NCBI GenBank assembly: GCA_018433245.1
Contig: JAHDRN010000019.1
Location: forward strand, 3,622-67,621
Source of the DNA: Candidatus Proruminimicrobium quisquiliarum
Lineage (GTDB): Bacteria; Elusimicrobiota; Endomicrobiia; Endomicrobiales; Endomicrobiaceae
Direction: 5' to 3'
DNA: 64,000 bases
The stretch's first letter is position 1. Every line of letters begins with the position of its first letter. Under the pieces are notes generated by a model that was given only the letters and a program-made list of their open reading frames with translations, was not told where the DNA came from and ran no database searches. The translations under genes were made by a program, and so were the position numbers. This document shows positions 48,722 to 57,302 of this stretch, one piece after another.

Positions 48722-49637
48722 TATTATAGACGTAAAAAATTTAAGCGTTTTATTCGGCGGTTTTAAAGCTGTCAACGATATCTCTTTTGACGTCAAAAAA
48801 GGAGAAATATTCGGATTTCTGGGTGCTAACGGAGCAGGCAAAACTACAACAATAAGAGTTTTATGCGGAATATTAAAACCGTCTTCGGGAAAAGTTGTTC
48901 TTGAAGGAAAAGATGTCACAAAATCAATACAGATTCTTAAAAATAAAATAGGGTATATGTCGCAGAAATCTACCTTATACAAAGACCTCACGATAGCCGA
49001 AAATATTACATTTTCAGGCAGGCTTTACAATATGGATGACGGTAAAATAGAAAAAAGACAAAAAGAGCTGTTTGATTTTATAGGTTTAAAAGAGAATGTT
49101 TCAAAAATAGCGGGTTCTCTTCCTTTGGGAATAAAACAGATGGTCGCTTTGTGCGCGACTGTTATTCATGATCCCGAAATAATATTTCTTGACGAGCCGA
49201 CAGCAGGCGTTGACCCGAAAACAAGAGAACGGTTTTGGGAACTTATAAAAAATATGGCGTCTTCAGGCAAAACTGTTTTTGTCACTACCCACTATATGGA
49301 CGAAGCCTCTTACTGCAACAGAATAGTTCTTATGGATAAAGGAAGCATTATAGATTTTGACTGCCCCGATAACCTTAAAACCAAATATTTCAAACAAAAA
49401 CCGGTTGAAATAAAATTTAAAGATAATCTAGTCCAAAACAAAATAATGAAAGAATTTGAAAATCAAAATGCGGGATACGGCTATATTTTTGCAGACACTT
49501 TAAGATTTTTTGTAAACAATAAAACAAATTTTGAAAATATTATTTCGGAATATAAAAAAGATTTGACGGTTACACAAACGGAAGCTACTCTTGAAGACGT
49601 TTTTTTAAAAGCGCTTCAAAGGGAGAATAAAAAGTGA
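48714..49637 (+). CDS. ABC transporter ATP-binding protein (YbhF-like, second half)
   Basis: Walker A GANGAGKTT, Walker B IIFLDEPT. Confidence 0.85.
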   Translation: MNNIIDVKNLSVLFGGFKAVNDISFDVKKGEIFGFLGANGAGKTTTIRVLCGILKPSSGKVVLEGKDVTKSIQILKNKIGYMSQKSTLYKDLTIAENITFSGRLYNMDDGKIEKRQKELFDFIGLKENVSKIAGSLPLGIKQMVALCATVIHDPEIIFLDEPTAGVDPKTRERFWELIKNMASSGKTVFVTTHYMDEASYCNRIVLMDKGSIIDFDCPDNLKTKYFKQKPVEIKFKDNLVQNKIMKEFENQNAGYGYIFADTLRFFVNNKTNFENIISEYKKDLTVTQTEATLEDVFLKALQRENKK

Positions 49638-50764
49638 ACCTCTTTTTCAGACGTATTTTTTCAATATCAATGAAAGAATATAAACATATTTTAAGAGACC
49701 CTTTTACTTTTGCCGCAGCCGTCGGCATTCCGATTCTTTTTGTAATATTTTTCGGGTTTATAATAGATCTTGATTATAAAGGCGTAAACGTCAACGTAAG
49801 AGACAACGACCAGACGGAATCGTCAAGGCGTTTTTTACAGCTTATGGGTTCAAGCTCGTATTTTAATCTTATTCCCCTGCACCAACAGTCTGAAGCGGAT
49901 AAAAAAATAAATCAAAATGATATGTCGGCCGTGTTGATAATACCGAAAGGATTCGGGCAGACCGTAAAAAAAGGAGAAGAACCGGCCCAAATGCAGCTTT
50001 TGATAGACGGAACAGATAACGCAAAAGCAGGTATCGTTACAAGCTATATAACGCTTGCTGCCGAAAAAGCGTCTGAGGTTTTATTTGATAACAACGGTAT
50101 TCAAAAATCTGCTTTAAATATCAAAACACGCTTTCTTTTTAATCCGGAACTTAACAGCAGATGGTTTATAGTGCCGGGACTGGGTACCGTTATAATAGGA
50201 CTTATAGCAATAGTTCTTACGGCTCTTACCGTTGCAAAGGAATGGGAAAACGGCTCTATGGAACTTCTTCTTGCAACGCCCGTATCGGCAACTGAAATAA
50301 TAATCGGCAAACTGATACCTTATTTTATACTTGCGCTTGCCGATATATTTATGATTTTTATATTTTCAATATTTGTTTTTGCGATACCTTTTAAAGGAAG
50401 TTTTCTGTTTTATGTTTTATCGTGCGTAATTTATATTACAGGCGCTCTGGCGCTCGGGCTTTTGATTTCTGTTATTACAAGAAAGCAGGAACAGGCTACC
50501 CAGATAGCTTTTGCCGTAGGAATTCTTCCGTCTTTTATTTTATCGGGATTTATTTTCCCGATTGAAAATATGCCTCTTTTTTTCAGGATTTTAACGGCCG
50601 TTTTTCCGCAGAGATGGTTTATGCAGATAAGCAGAAGCGTTTTTTTAAGCCCGTCGGGATTTTTTGAACTTATAATGCCGTTTTTATTTATAACATTTTT
50701 TGCTGTTTTAATGATATTTATATCAATTAAAAAATTTAAAAAAGATTTGGAAGTGACGCAATGA
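49634..50764 (+). CDS. ABC-2 type permease (YbhS/YbhR-like)
   Basis: N-terminal TM, large periplasmic loop and a C-terminal 5-TM ABC-2 domain (EWENGSMELLL). Confidence 0.85.
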   Translation: MNLFFRRIFSISMKEYKHILRDPFTFAAAVGIPILFVIFFGFIIDLDYKGVNVNVRDNDQTESSRRFLQLMGSSSYFNLIPLHQQSEADKKINQNDMSAVLIIPKGFGQTVKKGEEPAQMQLLIDGTDNAKAGIVTSYITLAAEKASEVLFDNNGIQKSALNIKTRFLFNPELNSRWFIVPGLGTVIIGLIAIVLTALTVAKEWENGSMELLLATPVSATEIIIGKLIPYFILALADIFMIFIFSIFVFAIPFKGSFLFYVLSCVIYITGALALGLLISVITRKQEQATQIAFAVGILPSFILSGFIFPIENMPLFFRILTAVFPQRWFMQISRSVFLSPSGFFELIMPFLFITFFAVLMIFISIKKFKKDLEVTQ

Positions 50765-51873
50765 GATTTACTATTTTAAAAGGTTATTTCATTAAGGAAT
50801 TTATACAAATTTTACGCGATAAAAAAATGATCGCTTTGATATTTTTTATTCCTATTATGCAGATGACTATGTTCGGGCTTGCCCTTACAAGCGAAGTAAA
50901 AAACATAGAGCTTGTAATTATCGCAAAGCCCGGCAAAATAGCAAGAGAACTTACCGCAAGAAGTATGGCGGGAGGCTGGTTTAAAAAAATAACAAATATT
51001 GACGTTTACAAAGAGTCCGACCCAGTTTCCCTTATACAAAAACATAAAGCGGAAGCCGTTTTAATTGCTCCGAAAGAAGGTTTTGAATACGCTCTTGAAA
51101 GAGGCGGTAAAGATATTCAGCTTCTTGTTGACGCAACAAATTCGCAGAGAGCCCAGCAGGTTTCAGTTTATGTAAAACAGCTTCTTTTGCAGACGGCAAG
51201 AGACAAATACGGAAAAGAAAACTTTAAAAATATGACAGACATAAAAACAAGAGTTTTGTTTAACCATTATATGAACACGGCGGATTTTATGATACCCGCT
51301 TTAATGGTAATGGCAAGTTTTATCGTTTTGATGCTTGTAAGCTCAATGAGTTTTACAAAAGAAATAGAAACAGGTACTCTTGAAAAACTTGTAGTTTCCC
51401 CCTCTTATACATACGAGATACTGTCAGGCAAAATACTGCCTTATTTTGTAATCGGTCTTCTTCTTATGACTTTTATGCTTGTTACGGGAATAGGATGGTT
51501 CGGGCTTTCTTTCAGAGGAACGATATGGCAGCTTTTGATAACAGCGATACTTTTCATAGGTTCTGCTTTATCATGCGCCGTTTTAATTTCAACTTTCGCA
51601 AAAACACAGCAGCAGGCGATGATGGGAAGCATTTTGTTAATTCTTCCGGCAATACTTCTATCGGGAATCCTTTTTCCCGTTGAAAACATTCCGCAGTCGG
51701 TAAGATGGATATGTTATCTTAACCCGATGATATATTCGGTTACAAATTTCAGAAGCATAATCCTCAAAGGCGGAGATTATCTGCTATGTCTGCAAAACTG
51801 CGCCGCATTACTGTTAATCTGCATAATATTATCGGCAGCAGCCTACAAAAACTTTAAATCTAAATTTAATTAA
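50761..51873 (+). CDS. ABC-2 type permease (YbhS/YbhR-like)
   Basis: Same architecture (EIETGTLEKLV); paralogue of the preceding gene. Confidence 0.85.
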   Translation: MRFTILKGYFIKEFIQILRDKKMIALIFFIPIMQMTMFGLALTSEVKNIELVIIAKPGKIARELTARSMAGGWFKKITNIDVYKESDPVSLIQKHKAEAVLIAPKEGFEYALERGGKDIQLLVDATNSQRAQQVSVYVKQLLLQTARDKYGKENFKNMTDIKTRVLFNHYMNTADFMIPALMVMASFIVLMLVSSMSFTKEIETGTLEKLVVSPSYTYEILSGKILPYFVIGLLLMTFMLVTGIGWFGLSFRGTIWQLLITAILFIGSALSCAVLISTFAKTQQQAMMGSILLILPAILLSGILFPVENIPQSVRWICYLNPMIYSVTNFRSIILKGGDYLLCLQNCAALLLICIILSAAAYKNFKSKFN

Positions 51874-51923
51874 AATAATTTTTAATATTGTATAATCTTA
51901 AAAAATGCGCATAAGGAGCAGGA

Positions 51924-52979
51924 ATGAAAAAATTTATTTCCGTCTTATGTTTTTTGTTTATAAACATTTTTATTTCAAATTATTCTTTAACGCAAGCGGC
52001 AGAAACAGACGCCGACAGTTTGAAGCAAACAACCGTCACTTCTTATTTGCAGAAAAAAATCACAAAGGGCAAAAATCTGATTTTCTGTTCAACAATGCAG
52101 CTTGCATGGAATGCTTTGTGCGATGATATTATAAAAGCTCCTTTGGAACTGTCGGGAACACCTGAAATTCAAACAATGCTCAATGAAAGATTAACTGGCA
52201 AAGAAGATATAGCCCCAGACGCTTACATCGCAATGGCAGGATTTAACAGAGACGGCATTGTTAAAAAAATAGACAACGCGTTATTAAATAAATTTGATAA
52301 AAAAAACGGATGCGGAATAACGCTAATGAGCCCTGAAGATATACTTGCGTATGCCTATCTGTTTAAAAAACTTGAATTTAAAAATAAATTTGAAGATCTA
52401 AACGATAATCCTATTTTTTTCAAAAATGAAACAGAAGTAGAAACTTTCGGAATAAAACAATATTCATACGAAATTGCTAAGCAGGTTAAAATACTTTATT
52501 ATAACAATGACAACGATTTTATATTAAAACTTGAGTCCAAATCTCAAAATGACGAGATAATACTTGCAAAAATAGAGCCTAAAGAAACGCTTTTATCAAC
52601 CGTTGATTATGTTTTTGAACAAATTAAAAATAAAAAAACTATTGCCATAGAAAAAGGAGATATCCTAAAAATACCAAAATTTGACTTTGATATTTTCAAA
52701 AAATATTCGGAACTAATAAACAGAGATTTTCTTAATAAAAATTTTGAAGGATACTTTATATCAGATGCATTTCAGGGAATTAAATTCAAACTTGATGAAA
52801 AAGGAGTAATCCTTGAATCATACGCGGCTATAAGAGGAGAAAAAAGCATGCCATATTTGCCGGGAACAAAACGGTTAATTTTTGACAAGCCTTTTTTATT
52901 TTGCCTTAAAGAAAAAACAGGCAAATATCCGTATTTCGTAATGTGGATTGATAACGCCGAATTAATGTTAAAAAAATAA
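51924..52979 (+). CDS. secreted serpin-like protein, copy A
   Basis: Signal peptide. Collinear serpin motifs NLIFCSTMQLAWNAL (s6B/hB), ILAYAYLFKKLEFKNKFE (s3A), ILKIPKFDFD (s2C), KLDEKGVILESYAAI (s5A/hinge) and FDKPFLFCLKEK (s4B/s5B). Confidence 0.7.
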   Translation: MKKFISVLCFLFINIFISNYSLTQAAETDADSLKQTTVTSYLQKKITKGKNLIFCSTMQLAWNALCDDIIKAPLELSGTPEIQTMLNERLTGKEDIAPDAYIAMAGFNRDGIVKKIDNALLNKFDKKNGCGITLMSPEDILAYAYLFKKLEFKNKFEDLNDNPIFFKNETEVETFGIKQYSYEIAKQVKILYYNNDNDFILKLESKSQNDEIILAKIEPKETLLSTVDYVFEQIKNKKTIAIEKGDILKIPKFDFDIFKKYSELINRDFLNKNFEGYFISDAFQGIKFKLDEKGVILESYAAIRGEKSMPYLPGTKRLIFDKPFLFCLKEKTGKYPYFVMWIDNAELMLKK

Positions 52980-52997
52980 TCTCAGCAAAAATATAAA

Positions 52998-53035
52998 AAT
53001 AATAGATACTGTTAAATTTTACAGTATCTATTATT
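52998..53035 (+). terminator. terminator hairpin after serpin A
   Basis: Perfect 15 bp inverted repeat AATAATAGATACTGT / ACAGTATCTATTATT with an 8 nt loop. Confidence 0.6.
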
Positions 53036-53127
53036 TATTATGCCTGCAAAACTGCGCCGCATTATTGCTAATCTGCATAATATTATCGGCAGCAGCCTAC
53101 AAAAACTTCAAATCCAAATTTAATTAA
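53032..53127 (+). pseudogene. relic copy of the last 31 codons plus stop of the ABC-2 permease gene
   Basis: Aligns without gaps to 51778-51873. By my count there are 8 nucleotide differences, all synonymous in the permease frame (YLLCLQNCAALLLICIILSAAAYKNFKSKFN*). No upstream coding context. Confidence 0.8.
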
Positions 53128-53176
53128 AATAATTTTAATATTGTATAATCTTAAAAAATGCGCATAAGGAGCAGAA

Positions 53177-54223
53177 ATGAAAAAATTTATTTCCGTTTTA
53201 TGTTTTTTATTTTTAAGTATTTTTATTTCAAATTATTCTTTCACTGAAGCGGCAGAATCCATTGACGCTGACAGTTTACAGCAAACAACCGTCACTCCTT
53301 ATTTGCAGAAAAAAATCACAGCAGGCAAAAATCTTGTTTATGGTGCAACATTTCAGCTTGCATGGAATGCCTTATGCGATGATATTATAAAAGTTCCTTT
53401 GCAATTATCAGGAACATCGGAAATACAAAATATGCTTAACGAGAGATTAGTCAATAAAGAAGATATTGCGGAAAATACTTGCATCGCCATGGCAGGTTTT
53501 GAAAGAAATAACATTGTTCAAAAAATAGATGAGGCTTTATTAAAAAAATTTAACAATACAAAAGGCTGCGGCATAAAATTACATAATCCCAGTGATATTC
53601 TGGCTTATGCCTATCTGTTTAAAAATCTTGAATTTGAAAATAAATTTGAAGATTTAAACTCAAATCCGATTTTTTTCAAAAATGAAACAGAAGTAGAAAC
53701 TTTCGGAATAAAACAATATTCATACGAAATTGCCAAGCAGGTTAAAATACTTTATTATAACAATGACAACGATTTTATATTAAAACTGGAATCCAAATCT
53801 CAAAATGATGAGATAATACTTGCAAAAATAGAGCCTAAAGAAATGCTTTTAACAACCGTTGATTATGTTTTTGAACAAATTAAAAATAAAAAAACTATTG
53901 CCTTAAAAAAAGGTGATATCTTAAAAATACCAAAGTTTGATTTTGATATTTTTAAAAAATACCGTGAACTAACAGGCAGAAGTTATGGCGTCTATGCTTT
54001 AGCAGGCGCCATTCAGGGAATTAAATTTAAACTTGATGAAAAAGGAGTAATCCTTGAATCATATGCAGCTATTGTGATGCAGGAAAAAAGCATATCAGTC
54101 CCGGTGGAGCCAAAACAGTTAATTTTTGACAAGCCTTTTTTATTTTGCCTTAAAGAAAAAAACGGCAAATATCCGTATTTTGTAATGTGGATTGATAACG
54201 CGGAATTAATGTTAAAAAAATAA
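53177..54223 (+). CDS. secreted serpin-like protein, copy B
   Basis: Paralogue of 51924-52979 with an identical promoter/RBS region. The central about 90 aa are nearly identical. The N-terminal half and the loop before FDKPFLF are divergent. Confidence 0.7.
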   Translation: MKKFISVLCFLFLSIFISNYSFTEAAESIDADSLQQTTVTPYLQKKITAGKNLVYGATFQLAWNALCDDIIKVPLQLSGTSEIQNMLNERLVNKEDIAENTCIAMAGFERNNIVQKIDEALLKKFNNTKGCGIKLHNPSDILAYAYLFKNLEFENKFEDLNSNPIFFKNETEVETFGIKQYSYEIAKQVKILYYNNDNDFILKLESKSQNDEIILAKIEPKEMLLTTVDYVFEQIKNKKTIALKKGDILKIPKFDFDIFKKYRELTGRSYGVYALAGAIQGIKFKLDEKGVILESYAAIVMQEKSISVPVEPKQLIFDKPFLFCLKEKNGKYPYFVMWIDNAELMLKK

Positions 54224-54246
54224 TAATTTACAAGGAGTACTTATTT

Positions 54247-54666
54247 ATGAAAAAATCAGTTTTGTTTTTATTATCTGTATTTGGATTTGTTTTTGCAGGA
54301 TGCGCTACTGTTCCAACAACTTGGGAACAAACTGTTATCAATTATCAGGCGGCGGCTCCGAAAGTAGAATTAGGAATGTCAAAACAGGAAGTAGTTGATA
54401 TACTGAACCCGACTCAAACACTATTGGCAAATACTGAAATAAAACAACCTGACAGATATATAAAAGACGGCGTTAACGTTGAAATTCTATATTACAGAAG
54501 CGGCTGGATTTCTGACAACTTAAATACCGATGACGAGTACACACCCTATGTTTTCAATAACGGAAAACTTGTCGCAATCGGATGGATGACTATCGGAGGA
54601 CCGAAAAACACATCTTCCTCCGTACCAAAGGTAAACGTCCAAAACAAAACCACTGTTATTTATTAA
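54247..54666 (+). CDS. lipoprotein (BamE/SmpA-OmlA-like or DUF3192-like)
   Basis: Lipobox FAGC. GMSKQEVVDILNP is typical of SmpA/OmlA-fold lipoproteins; family assignment tentative. Confidence 0.6.
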   Translation: MKKSVLFLLSVFGFVFAGCATVPTTWEQTVINYQAAAPKVELGMSKQEVVDILNPTQTLLANTEIKQPDRYIKDGVNVEILYYRSGWISDNLNTDDEYTPYVFNNGKLVAIGWMTIGGPKNTSSSVPKVNVQNKTTVIY

Positions 54667-54715
54667 TTTATATACTGTATGAACTCCAAATCAAAATTTA
54701 GTATAGAGAGAGGTT

Positions 54716-55225
54716 ATGATTATGAGTAATTCAAACATTCATCATTTAAAAGATAGTGAAGAAACTAGAAACAAAATTCATTATGCATATGTTTTGGTAA
54801 AAGATTACTTAACTTATAAAAAAGGTCTCGCTGAATTAAAAATAGGTGTTGGGGCATACATTTATGATTTGGACAAGCCTGCTTGTTTAAATATTAGATA
54901 TTACTCTAAGGCTTTAGAGGATGAATTTAAGAAAAAGTTATCTTTTAAGGAGTGTATGAGAGCAGAATGCAAAAAAAAAGTTTCTGATATAACTGAAGAA
55001 CATATGATATGCAGATGTGTACTAAGAGATGAATTTATAAAAATGATAACTGAAAAAGCTACTGAAAATGAATGTTTTGATTTTTTAGATAAACATCTTA
55101 TGATATGTACAATGAAAAAGGAAGAAGAAAAAAAATTACCGAAAAACAGACAAGGCTTAAAGAATTGGAAAAAATATTATGATGATGCTGGAATAAATCC
55201 ACTTCCAGCAATAAATAACAAATAA
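54716..55225 (+). CDS. hypothetical Cys-rich cytoplasmic protein, 169 aa
   Basis: ORF with a GAGAGG RBS and 8 Cys; no family recognised. AT-rich. Confidence 0.5.
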   Translation: MIMSNSNIHHLKDSEETRNKIHYAYVLVKDYLTYKKGLAELKIGVGAYIYDLDKPACLNIRYYSKALEDEFKKKLSFKECMRAECKKKVSDITEEHMICRCVLRDEFIKMITEKATENECFDFLDKHLMICTMKKEEEKKLPKNRQGLKNWKKYYDDAGINPLPAINNK

Positions 55226-55260
55226 AGAGATGTTGAGTTTTTTACTCGAATTTTATGATT

Positions 55261-55329
55261 CGCCTGTTAATCTGCATAATATTATCGGCGGTTGCCTACA
55301 AACACTTCAAATCCAAATTCAGTCAATAA
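55261..55329 (+). pseudogene. second, more diverged relic of the permease 3' end
   Basis: Encodes RLLICIILSAVAYKHFKSKFSQ* in the homologous frame. Its core TAATCTGCATAATATTATCGGC is identical to 51814-51835 and 53068-53089. Shares the TTC/TCC variants with the relic at 53032. Confidence 0.7.
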
Positions 55330-55502
55330 TGTTATTATCCTTCATTTTTTATTAAACTTCTTATTCTCAACTTTAATACATTTATTTATATTTTATTTCT
55401 TATTACTGATTTGAAAATGGTTTATTTTTTTGATAAAAATTAATAGGATACCAATAATTTTGCAATATTGTTTTAAAATAAATATAAATAAATACTAATA
55501 GT

Positions 55503-55531
55503 TTGACAATTATATATAAAATTTATAGAAT
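55503..55531 (+). promoter_or_regulatory. near-consensus sigma-70 promoter of the orphan cassette
   Basis: TTGACA (55503-55508), 17 nt spacer, TAGAAT (55526-55531). The first ATG follows only 10 nt after the -10 box. Confidence 0.55.
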
Positions 55532-55541
55532 TTGGTTGGTT

Positions 55542-55898
55542 ATGGCTAACACACAAAAAGAAAATTATTATTGGATTCCTGAATCTCTTAAGTGGACTTT
55601 CAAAATAATGAATTCACCTAATTGTTATTTGCTAATAATAATACTGGTTATCGTTTCCTTTTTAATATTAACTCTTCGAATACCTGATACCCAACTTATG
55701 TCTTTTATAAAACTAGTGCTTAATCAAAGTGTTTTCTTAGTTATTTTTATTGCAATTGAAACATTTACTATTTTTTTATGGAGAACTGATAGAGAAAATT
55801 TAAAAGCAGAAATTAAACGATTATCTGAAGAAAAAAGTAGATATATGCATAGCAATAAGAAATTACCAAAACACAATCCTAGTGGAGCAGAATTTTGA
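55542..55898 (+). CDS. small membrane protein (2 TM plus a C-terminal charged/coiled segment)
   Basis: Hydrophobic helices CYLLIIILVIVSFLILTL and VFLVIFIAIETFTIFLW, then ENLKAEIKRLSEEKSR. Start taken at ATG 55542 because the TTG at 55503 coincides with the -35 box. Confidence 0.5.
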   Translation: MANTQKENYYWIPESLKWTFKIMNSPNCYLLIIILVIVSFLILTLRIPDTQLMSFIKLVLNQSVFLVIFIAIETFTIFLWRTDRENLKAEIKRLSEEKSRYMHSNKKLPKHNPSGAEF

Positions 55899-55917
55899 TT
55901 TAATAACGGAGGAAACT

Positions 55918-56472
55918 ATGGACAATTATCAAGATGTAGTTACTATTTTAATAATAATCTTATCAGTTTCGACAAGTGCTTTTTTTATATCAAAGCTTTT
56001 GCTATGGAAAAGACAAATAGCATTTGAAAAATATTTGTTTAGGTTTTTCAAACTTAGAGATGATTTAGCATATTTAGTATTAGAAGATAAGTTGCAACAA
56101 AATAGTGATGTATATGAATTTTTAATCTTTAATATTAATAAATATATTGCAACGATTGAAGATACTGATCTCTGTAGTTTTTTAATTAAATATATTGAGA
56201 CAAATTCTGACAAAAAATATATTGATAATTTGGTTGCCATCGTTCAAAAATGCAAAAATAGCAGCAAAGAAGTTTCTATCATTATGAAGGAATTTGAAAA
56301 AATCACCAACAGTATTATTACTGACAATAGCCTTATATTTATATTCATATTTATTGGTACAAAAATATTATCAAAATTTTTCAAACATAATATCCCTTCA
56401 TTTATTTCAAAATTTAATCAACTTAGACCTATAGTGAAAGAACAAGAAAATAGAATAGCAAATTCATACTAA
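55918..56472 (+). CDS. membrane protein (N- and C-terminal TM helices flanking a soluble helical region)
   Basis: ATG 55918 with a GGAGG RBS. TM helices VVTILIIILSVSTSAFFISKLLLW and LIFIFIFIGTKIL. No family recognised. Confidence 0.55.
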   Translation: MDNYQDVVTILIIILSVSTSAFFISKLLLWKRQIAFEKYLFRFFKLRDDLAYLVLEDKLQQNSDVYEFLIFNINKYIATIEDTDLCSFLIKYIETNSDKKYIDNLVAIVQKCKNSSKEVSIIMKEFEKITNSIITDNSLIFIFIFIGTKILSKFFKHNIPSFISKFNQLRPIVKEQENRIANSY

Positions 56473-56499
56473 TTTATTACACTATAGGGGGGTATTTTA

Positions 56500-56859
56500 A
56501 TGGAAGTTACTCTTTACAATCGTTCAGGGAATCCTATTGCTTATATTGCAGATGATGCTGATAATGCTATATATATGTGGAATGGGCATGCTGTATGTTA
56601 TATTTTTGAAGATAAAATATATGGTTGGAGAGGTAAGCATATTGGCTGGTTTATAAACAATAGAATATATGACTTAAATGGTTTTCTTGTTGGATTTACA
56701 AAAAATACGTGTCCAGTTATTACTACAATACCAACCATAAAAAATATAAAATATATTAAATCTATTAAATCCGTACGCAATATAGCAACTACTAAGCCGA
56801 TTTTATCTACACAATATTCAGAATACAATTTAAAATTTTTTTTGGAACAAAATAGCTAA
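56500..56859 (+). CDS. soluble protein with four tandem beta-hairpin-like repeats (possibly the 4-fold beta flower family)
   Basis: Four repeats of [LI]Y-x3-G-x2-[IVL]-x-[YWF]: LYNRSGNPIAYI, IYMWNGHAVCYI, IYGWRGKHIGWF and IYDLNGFLVGFT. GGGGGG RBS. Family name from memory, unverified. Confidence 0.55.
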   Translation: MEVTLYNRSGNPIAYIADDADNAIYMWNGHAVCYIFEDKIYGWRGKHIGWFINNRIYDLNGFLVGFTKNTCPVITTIPTIKNIKYIKSIKSVRNIATTKPILSTQYSEYNLKFFLEQNS

Positions 56860-57090
56860 TAAAACTATATCTGCAAACTAATAACTACAAACTCTCAACA
56901 CGGTTCCTTAAATTTCGTCTATATTAATTTATCTATAACTATCTCTAATCTTACTTCTAATTAACAGCAATTCAGATTTTGTATTTTCAATACTCAATAT
57001 CTATGATTGATCTATGCGCATATTACGCTTTGAAACAAAGTTTCTTAATCCAATTTTTGAATAATATTTAATATTTTACAATATATTTTT

Positions 57091-57222
57091 GCCACGTTTA
57101 GCACGTCTATGAATGAACTGTTTTTAGTTGTAAAATTTTCAAACAGATAAAATTTTAAGTTCACTTGTCCGAAGAAAAATCCGTTTCATTATGCAGTAAG
57201 GATTTTTCAAGTTGTGAACTGT
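57091..57222. repeat. partial copy of the dispersed intergenic repeat
   Basis: GCCACGTTTAGCACGTCTATGAATGAA (57091-57118) aligns with 11497-11524, and AGGATTTTTCAAGTTGTGAACTGT (57199-57222) with 11563-11586, in the same order. Confidence 0.55.
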
Positions 57223-57271
57223 GCGACAAAAAAAACAGAAATGAATGTGCGACTTGTGGCGGGTCTTTTTG

Positions 57272-57302
57272 GTTACTTTTTAGACTCGTGATAAAAAGTA
57301 AC
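57272..57302. repeat. perfect 11 bp inverted repeat (hairpin) in an ORF-free region
   Basis: GTTACTTTTTA-9 nt-TAAAAAGTAAC. Confidence 0.6.

Noticed and set aside
51778-55329. Possibility that the three direct repeats form a CRISPR-like or integron attC array
   Set aside because: The repeats are homologous to a protein-coding gene end. They are spaced 1.25 and 2.2 kb apart, far beyond spacer size. They lack attC-like imperfect palindrome structure, and no cas or intI gene is present.
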